DNA from: an uncultured Desulfatitalea sp.
GTDB taxonomy: Bacteria; Desulfobacterota; Desulfobacteria; Desulfobacterales; Desulfosarcinaceae
Assembly (NCBI GenBank): GCA_963668675.2
Contig: CAXXMB010000002.1
Location: 1,120,001-1,184,000, forward strand
Direction: 5' to 3'
DNA length: 64,000 bases
Of the stretch, positions 57,933 through 64,000 are shown in pieces. The notes under the pieces are model-generated. The model was not told the origin of the DNA. It did no database searches and saw nothing but the letters and a program-made list of their open reading frames with translations. Each line of letters begins with the position of its first letter. The first letter of the stretch is position 1. Both the position numbers and the translations under genes were made by a program.

Positions 57933-58060
57933 AGTTTAACGTATGAAAGTGTAAAGTTTAAAGTGTTGAAATTCCGTCATTTTAGATGATGGCGGCTTCA
58001 TCTGCATCTAAATAGATAAGAACCTCGACTTTCCGACTTTCATACTTTTTTACTTTCCAT
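57933..58060. repeat. AT-rich 7-8-bp-period repeats in inverted arrangement
   Basis: AGTTTAA/AGTGTAA units (57933-57968) opposite ACTTTCCG/ACTTTCAT/ACTTTTTT/ACTTTCC (58028-58058); GTATGAAAGT pairs with ACTTTCATAC. Confidence 0.6.
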
Positions 58061-58130
58061 CTTATCATCTGTTTCTATCCCTATTTTCACCGGTAAATCA
58101 CACTTTTCCAAAATACAGGACGACAAAGGA

Positions 58131-58760
58131 TTAGCTGTGACACGCCAACCAGCAATCCAGATTCACCTTCTTTGCCCGATGACACTCAATGCAAAACCCC
58201 ATCTTGAAACGTAGCCCTTTGAGACGGTCCATCTGTTGTACCTCTCCATGACACTCCTCGCAGGCGATCTCCTTTCTAATATGGCGCTTATGGTTGAACA
58301 GGACATGCTCGGGCAGATAAAAAACCTTCACCCAGGGAGTGGGCGTGTCGGTATTATAGTAATGGTGCTCTTTCTGAATCTCGGGGTGATTGGCAATGAT
58401 ATAGTTGTGACAAAAGAGGCATTTTTCCACCGGCGGCAAACCTGGATGAAGGGAGCGCTCCACATAAGGATGGCAGAATCGGCAGTCGATCGCTTTGTGC
58501 CCGGCGTGCAATCGATGGCTGAAAGGTATCGGCTGTGCGGCACCGACCCGCGTGGCGGGGGACGCATAGAAGAAGAATAGAAAGCCCAATACGAGCAAAA
58601 CAGATGCAGCCACCCAGAAGAGCGGCCCCCGATTCGCCCAGATCAACTGCACACTCTCGCCAAAGGCCGTGAAAAACCGCATGGGGTGTCCCTTTGTGCC
58701 GATCAGTATGGCGACCGTCAGCAAGGTGAGCAGGGAAAAGGAGGTGATCAAGATCTCCAT
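58131..58760 (-). CDS. Pentaheme cytochrome c, ActA-like
   Basis: Two TM; QPIPFSHRLH; CRFCH, CLFCH, CEECH, CIECH, CWLACH; MGFCIECH. Confidence 0.85.
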   Translation of the reverse strand: MEILITSFSLLTLLTVAILIGTKGHPMRFFTAFGESVQLIWANRGPLFWVAASVLLVLGFLFFFYASPATRVGAAQPIPFSHRLHAGHKAIDCRFCHPYVERSLHPGLPPVEKCLFCHNYIIANHPEIQKEHHYYNTDTPTPWVKVFYLPEHVLFNHKRHIRKEIACEECHGEVQQMDRLKGLRFKMGFCIECHRAKKVNLDCWLACHS

Positions 58761-59977
58761 CAGCGATGATCCTCCAGCCGGTTTTGCAGCGCCATCGGGA
58801 ACTGCCTCAAATAGAAAAGCACGGCCGCCATCAGAAGCCCCAGAAACCCAATCGCCACCGCCGGATCGATCCAGCTCAGCGGCAGGGTTTCGACATGGTG
58901 ATGAAATACCGGCCCGAGCAGTAGAAAATGCTCCAGCCACATTCCCACGATCACCACGCTGCAGATTACGATCATGGCCGCCGGTATGGTTTTAATGCGT
59001 TTGTTAATCAGGATCAGAAAGGGTCCGATAAAGCAGATCGCCAGGACAGTCCAGGCCAGCACGTTCCAGGGTGCCGTCATGGTCCGCTCGATGACGTAGG
59101 CGGTCTCCTCGGATATGTTGCCGTACCAGATTACGACAAATTGGGCATAGAAAAAGTCGGCCCATACCAAACCGAATGCAAAAAAGAGTTTGCCGATATC
59201 GTGAAACTGGGAGGATTCGAGGGTAAAGGCACTGCGGCGACTCATATGCAGCACCGCGGCGGTGATGATCAGGGCGCCGAAGCCCACATAGATGGCCTTG
59301 ACAAAAGAGTAGGCGCCGAACAGGGTCGAATACCAGTGCGGGTCCATGCTCATCACCAGATCGTATCCGAGCAGTGAGAGCACCACGGCGAAAACAAACA
59401 TATAAAGCATGGCCAATACCGTGGCGCGCCGCTGGTAGCGTTCACGTTCCGGCGGATGGCCCCGCCACCGCCGGCCAAGCCACTGTGACAGTGGGCCACC
59501 GCTGCTTTGACCGCCCCGTTTCAGCCACAAGGCATGGTACAGATAGGCAATTCCCAGACCATAGAGCAGTAAAAGACCGACCATATTCCGTGAAAAGAGA
59601 AAGGGCATATTGAGCCACGCCTCTTTGCCGTGCAGGTCGTGCCCTATCCACGGGAAGAGATGCTTCTGCCCAATGAAAAGAACAAAAAACAGGATAAGAG
59701 AGACCGGAAAAAAGGAGGTAAATGCTTCGGCCAAGCTGGCCAGAGGCCCGCTCCAGCGTGCCCGCACCACATGCATGAGCGTGGAGAAAAGCACGGCGCC
59801 ATGGGCGATGGCGGAAAAAAGCAAAAAGCTCACCAGGTAGGACTGCCAGGCCCGGGCAGCGTTCTCACCCACCGCCTGGGAGACGAATGCGACCAGACCT
59901 GCCGCCGTCAGCAGGCTGCAGAGCGCAACTGGCAGTGCTGATCGGCTGGGAGAAGAAGAGGGCAAGTTGGTATTCAT
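58760..59977 (-). CDS. actF: Alternative complex III membrane subunit F
   Basis: LFPW, WLNMPF, DLVMSMDPHWYSTLFG, HDIGKL, QFVVIWYGNI.EE. Confidence 0.85.
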   Translation of the reverse strand: MNTNLPSSSPSRSALPVALCSLLTAAGLVAFVSQAVGENAARAWQSYLVSFLLFSAIAHGAVLFSTLMHVVRARWSGPLASLAEAFTSFFPVSLILFFVLFIGQKHLFPWIGHDLHGKEAWLNMPFLFSRNMVGLLLLYGLGIAYLYHALWLKRGGQSSGGPLSQWLGRRWRGHPPERERYQRRATVLAMLYMFVFAVVLSLLGYDLVMSMDPHWYSTLFGAYSFVKAIYVGFGALIITAAVLHMSRRSAFTLESSQFHDIGKLFFAFGLVWADFFYAQFVVIWYGNISEETAYVIERTMTAPWNVLAWTVLAICFIGPFLILINKRIKTIPAAMIVICSVVIVGMWLEHFLLLGPVFHHHVETLPLSWIDPAVAIGFLGLLMAAVLFYLRQFPMALQNRLEDHR

Positions 59978-60546
59978 GTCGTCCGCCCTCCTCGAGCCGT
60001 TTTTCCCGTTGGCTCTTTTAAATCGTCATCAGTCTTGATCTCCGCCCCTTTGGCCTCGAAAAAGTGGCGCAACCCGCTCTTCTCACCAGTGCTGCAACTG
60101 GCCAGGATCCCGAATTTGTGGCCGGTAAAGCGGGGGTCATACAAATCGGCAGTCTCAAAACGCGGAAGTCTGGCCTGGGAGATCAACCCCAGCACATTGC
60201 CTATGACGGCAAATAGAATCGTGAACTCGAACCCCACGATCACAAAGGGAACCAACGCCACTATGGGCTTGCCGCCGACGATCAAACTCCAGCGGGTCGC
60301 CGTAAAAGCGGCAAAAAGAAAGCCGGTAAAAAAGCCGGTAATGCCGCCGGCCAGGGTGAACCAGCCCAACTTGCTTTTGGGCAGTTTAAGCGCGTCGGCT
60401 ATCGTGTGGCTGGGGATGGGGCTGTGCACCCGCTCCAGCGTAAAGGCGGTATTGCGAAGCCCCCGTATGGCCGAAGCGGTCTGCTCTTCGGTGCTGAAGA
60501 TCCCCATAATGGATGCACGATCAGTCGGCATGGGCACCTCCTTCAT
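59974..60546 (-). CDS. actD: Alternative complex III subunit D (DUF3341)
   Basis: HSPIP, VGGKP, FEFTILF, YDPRFT. Confidence 0.85.
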   Translation of the reverse strand: MKEVPMPTDRASIMGIFSTEEQTASAIRGLRNTAFTLERVHSPIPSHTIADALKLPKSKLGWFTLAGGITGFFTGFLFAAFTATRWSLIVGGKPIVALVPFVIVGFEFTILFAVIGNVLGLISQARLPRFETADLYDPRFTGHKFGILASCSTGEKSGLRHFFEAKGAEIKTDDDLKEPTGKTARGGRTT

Positions 60547-61843
60547 GCAGTGTCTCTTTCATCTCGGTCATGGAGACCGAGGGCAGATGTTTCACGAAGA
60601 GAACAAAGAGGAAGAAAAAGAGACAAAAACTGCCGATCATGATGCCGAACTCCACCAGCGTGGGCCGGTACAACCCCCAGGCGTAAGGCAAGAAATCATG
60701 GGCCACGGAGCCGATGATGATAACGAATCGCTCGTACCACATACCGATATTGACAAAGATGGAGATCACGAAGAGCCACTTGATATGGGTGCGCACCCGC
60801 TTGACAAGAAAGAGCAGCGGAATGACCGTATTGCAGATCACCATGATCCAGTACTCCACGGAATAGTCGCCGAACATGCGCCAGCGAAAGGTCTCCATCT
60901 CCACGATGTTGTGGCTGTACCAGGCGATAAAAACCTCTGTTCCGTATGCGAAGCCGACGATCAAACCAGTGAAAACGATTGTCTTGGCTACGCTCTCCAA
61001 CACTTTAACGGTGATGATCTTTTCGTAGTGAAACAGCTTGCGCAGTGGAATCATCAATGTCAGAACCATGGCGAGGCCCGAGTGGATGGCGCCAGCTACG
61101 AAGTAAGGGGCGAAGATGGTGGTGTGCCAGCCGGGCACGACACCCAAGGCAAAATCCCACGACACCACGCTGTGAACCGATATGACCAGCGGGGTGGCCA
61201 GGGCCGCGAAGAAGAGATAGCCGCGGGCGTAGTGCCGCCACTGTTCGTACTCGCCGGTCCAACCGAGGGAGATGATGGTAAAAATCTTACGGCGCACCCC
61301 CGTGGCGCGGTCCCGGATGGCCGCCAGGTCGGGCAGCATGCCCGTGAACCAGAAGAGCGAGCTGACCGTCAGGTAGGTACTGATGGCCACCACGTCAAAC
61401 ATGAGCGGGGATTGAAAATTGGGCCATAGGGTGCGCTGGTTGGGAAAGGGCAGCATGTAGAAGACCATCCAGACCCGTCCGAGATGGATAAATGGATAGA
61501 GGCCGGCCGTGCAGACGGCAAAGACCGTCATGGTTTCAGCCGCCCGGGCGATGGGATTTCGCCATCCAGCTCTGAACAGATGTAAAATCGCCGAGATCAG
61601 GGTGCCGGAGTGGGCGATACCGACCCAGAAGACAAAGTTGATCAGGTAGGTACCCCAATGGACCGGATTGTTCTGGCCGGCCACACCAATGCCGGTGAAA
61701 ATCTGATAGAGCCAGCAGGCCGCCCCCATGAGCACGCCGCAAAAGAGCAGCGCCACAATCACCCAGTAGCTTCGCCCCGGGGGTGCCAGGGTATCGATGA
61801 CGGTGTCGTCGATGGACTGATAGGTGAGTGCCGAATCGTTCAT
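60521..61843 (-). CDS. actC: Alternative complex III quinol-oxidising subunit C (NrfD/PsrC family)
   Basis: NFVFWVGIAHSGTLISA, HLGRVW, WPNFQSPL, SVHSVVSWDF, PGWHTTIFAPYFVAGAI, GMWYERF. Confidence 0.9.
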   Translation of the reverse strand: MNDSALTYQSIDDTVIDTLAPPGRSYWVIVALLFCGVLMGAACWLYQIFTGIGVAGQNNPVHWGTYLINFVFWVGIAHSGTLISAILHLFRAGWRNPIARAAETMTVFAVCTAGLYPFIHLGRVWMVFYMLPFPNQRTLWPNFQSPLMFDVVAISTYLTVSSLFWFTGMLPDLAAIRDRATGVRRKIFTIISLGWTGEYEQWRHYARGYLFFAALATPLVISVHSVVSWDFALGVVPGWHTTIFAPYFVAGAIHSGLAMVLTLMIPLRKLFHYEKIITVKVLESVAKTIVFTGLIVGFAYGTEVFIAWYSHNIVEMETFRWRMFGDYSVEYWIMVICNTVIPLLFLVKRVRTHIKWLFVISIFVNIGMWYERFVIIIGSVAHDFLPYAWGLYRPTLVEFGIMIGSFCLFFFLFVLFVKHLPSVSMTEMKETLHEGGAHAD

Positions 61844-61932
61844 TGAATGCGTTTCTCTATGCTTCTAAAGTAGAAAATTAAAGTAAATGTGCTCTGCTGT
61901 TTCCACAGACGTTCAGTCGAAACACCTGCCGC

Positions 61933-64000
61933 CTAAACCTCCTGAACCACTTTCTTCAAATAGATCACCGCCGGTTTGGTATTCAAATAGCCCATCACCT
62001 GGTATGCGCGCGGATCTTCTATCTTTTTGCGCACCGCGCTGTTCGGATCCATCAAATTCCCGAAGACCAGAGCATCGGTCGGGCAGGTCTGCACGCAGGC
62101 CGGCATCACCTCTCCGTCGCGGATGTCGCGCTTTTCGTTCTTGGCCTGGTTGTGGGCCTCTTTGATGCGCTGGATACAGAACGAGCACTTCTCCATCACG
62201 CCTTTGCTGCGGACGGTGACGTCGGGATTGAGCTGCAGGTTGAGCGGTACCGGCCATTGCCAGTCGAACCAGTTGAATCGCCGGACTTTATACGGACAGT
62301 TCTGGGCACAGAAGCGCGTACCGATGCAGCGGTTGTATATCTGGTTGTTGAGCCCCTCTTTCGAGTGGTGGGGGGCATAGACCGGGCAGACCGATTCGCA
62401 CGGTGCATTGTCGCAGTGCTGGCACATCATGGGCAGAAAAATCAGACGCGTCGGGTCTTGGTGATCCTGGTAGCGCTCGATACGTATCCAGGCCATCTCG
62501 CGCCCCTCGATAATCCGCTGTTCGCCGACCATGCCCAGGTTGTTCTCCGCATAACAGCCGGCCACGCAGGCGCTGCAACCGATGCAGCGATCCAAATCCA
62601 CGGTCATCCCCCAGCGGTACCCTTCGTGGTCGTGCGCCGGGTAGATGTCGCGCGAATGGTCGTAGCCTTCGGGCAACGGGAGCGTGAAGGGGAAATCGTT
62701 CATGGTCAACCCCTGCCCCAACTGTTCGGGACGAGATGCCGCTTTCAAAGGGACACTCAAGGCAATCTTGCGATCGTACTGGCTGCTGCTCCCCGACAGG
62801 ATGGCCAGGGCGGCCCGTCCACCCCTGACGTCCATTCGTTTTATAACGGCAGCGTAATCCGGCGCCCCGGTGGCAGGGTCCGTCCCCGCTCCTAACAAGG
62901 CGACCGGATTGGCGCCCTGGTTTCGGGCGTAGCGGCCCATATGGGTATGCCCCTGGCCTGCCGGAACCGCCACGACAGAGGGGTGTATGCCGGCGTGGCC
63001 GACGGCCTGCACGGCGATCTCCCCATGGGCAGTGGCAATTTGAATCGATTGACCGTCGGACCATCCCCTTTCGGCCATGGCCTCTGGATGCACCATGGCC
63101 AGCGTCTGCCACGCCACCTGGGAGAGGGGATCGGGGATTTCGGGAAGCCACGGCCGATCGGCATTCCGGCCATCGTAGAACCGCAGCGAGGGCACCACCT
63201 GAACGACGTCCCCCTTGCGTGTCTCCGTTGTATTCAGATCCAGGAGCTCGGCCAGCGTGCGCACCGGAGCCGCATCGAGACGCGGTGCGGGTTTGGATAC
63301 GGGCTGATCGGCCACGTAATGGCCACCGCTCTGAATCAGTTTCAGCCACTCGCCTTCATCGGCAATGGTGTGCCCGCGAACGAGCCGCTGGGTCAGATAT
63401 TGGCGATAATCGCCGGAAGGACGTCTGTCGGCAGGCAGCAGGTCGAGAAAAATGTCTCCGATATTGGGTGCCGCTGAAATCTTGCCCAAAGTGGGCTGCA
63501 TCGTGGCAACCATGGCCTGTTTGCTCTCGTAGGCATCCCAACTCTCCAATGGATGCTGTTGCGGCACAATCAGGTCGGCGGCTGCGGCCGTCTCATCCAT
63601 AATGTTGGTGAACGCCACAACGAAACAGCGCTCGTCGGAGAGCGCCGTATTCACACCGGTGTCGACCGGCAGACTGTAGAGGGGGTTGACCCTGTTCAGC
63701 AGCAGCAGCTCCACCGGACGGTCAGCCAACTGCTTCCAGAAGGTGTTGATCTCTGCACGCGTATTGGCAATCTCAACCCGGTGGCGCTGGTCGAAATCGT
63801 AGCGTTCAAAGGTCGGATCGAGGATGGTGTTGAGCAGCACCGAAGCCAGGTCCGCAGCTACCGAAGCGGCACCGTAAGCGGTGGTAGCTGTCGGCAGCAC
63901 CAGCGGCCTGCGTGCTGCCAGGAGTCGCCGGGCCAATCCCCGCACGGTCTCAATCGGCACCCCCGGTTCGCCCGCAGGATTGTCAGAGCGGTACCTGGCG
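61933..64000 (-). CDS. actB: Alternative complex III subunit B (molybdopterin-oxidoreductase-like + Fe-S domain); 5' end outside window
   Basis: WLPEIPDPLSQVAW, DLDRCIGCSACVAGC, MMCQHCDNAPCESVCP, RCIGTRFCAQNCPY, GVMEKCSFC, PACVQTCP. Confidence 0.88.
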   Translation of the reverse strand, partial: ARYRSDNPAGEPGVPIETVRGLARRLLAARRPLVLPTATTAYGAASVAADLASVLLNTILDPTFERYDFDQRHRVEIANTRAEINTFWKQLADRPVELLLLNRVNPLYSLPVDTGVNTALSDERCFVVAFTNIMDETAAAADLIVPQQHPLESWDAYESKQAMVATMQPTLGKISAAPNIGDIFLDLLPADRRPSGDYRQYLTQRLVRGHTIADEGEWLKLIQSGGHYVADQPVSKPAPRLDAAPVRTLAELLDLNTTETRKGDVVQVVPSLRFYDGRNADRPWLPEIPDPLSQVAWQTLAMVHPEAMAERGWSDGQSIQIATAHGEIAVQAVGHAGIHPSVVAVPAGQGHTHMGRYARNQGANPVALLGAGTDPATGAPDYAAVIKRMDVRGGRAALAILSGSSSQYDRKIALSVPLKAASRPEQLGQGLTMNDFPFTLPLPEGYDHSRDIYPAHDHEGYRWGMTVDLDRCIGCSACVAGCYAENNLGMVGEQRIIEGREMAWIRIERYQDHQDPTRLIFLPMMCQHCDNAPCESVCPVYAPHHSKEGLNNQIYNRCIGTRFCAQNCPYKVRRFNWFDWQWPVPLNLQLNPDVTVRSKGVMEKCSFCIQRIKEAHNQAKNEKRDIRDGEVMPACVQTCPTDALVFGNLMDPNSAVRKKIEDPRAYQVMGYLNTKPAVIYLKKVVQEV

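Noticed and set aside
58131..64000. QrcABCD or polysulfide reductase call
   Set aside because: Fused B subunit plus DUF3341 and ActF genes indicate ACIII
1..64000. CRISPR array, tRNA/rRNA, integrase or transposase
   Set aside because: None recognised by eye; the heptamer repeats are short, degenerate and lack spacers. A covariance-model scan was not possible.

Overview
GC-rich bacterial chromosomal segment. The gene set suggests a Desulfobacterales-type deltaproteobacterium (inference from the Mop locus, PEP-CTERM protein and hybrid kinases). (1) 1-21.2 kb is a molybdenum island. It holds a partial molybdopterin oxidoreductase, an FmdE-like protein, a single-gene molybdenum-storage (MoSto) homologue, a MOT1-type molybdate transporter, a short ModE with palindromic operators, and a minus-strand Mop aldehyde oxidoreductase operon with eight downstream accessory genes (DVU_1551-1558-like plus a histidine phosphatase). 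A broken Tme-like toxin with an intact DUF1240-like immunity gene and a 193-bp palindromic element are inserted in it. (2) 21-53 kb is mixed signalling and metabolism. It includes a PhcB-like cNMP-methyltransferase overlapping a 6TM hybrid kinase (candidate quorum-sensing pair), ppdK, a 59-aa zinc-finger ORF missed by the ORF track, pheA, HU, CoADR-rhodanese, murJ and dodecin. It also has a sigma54 operon of pseudo-receiver, PPi-type PFK and a catalytically altered FBP aldolase/phosphatase, plus VKOR-DsbA and a TRAP transporter. (3) 53-64 kb holds a PEP-CTERM gene and a co-directional alternative complex III plus cbb3 oxidase cluster with an apparently split CcoP. No rRNA, tRNA, CRISPR array or transposase was recognised. 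Family assignments come from motif recognition by eye, not database searches.
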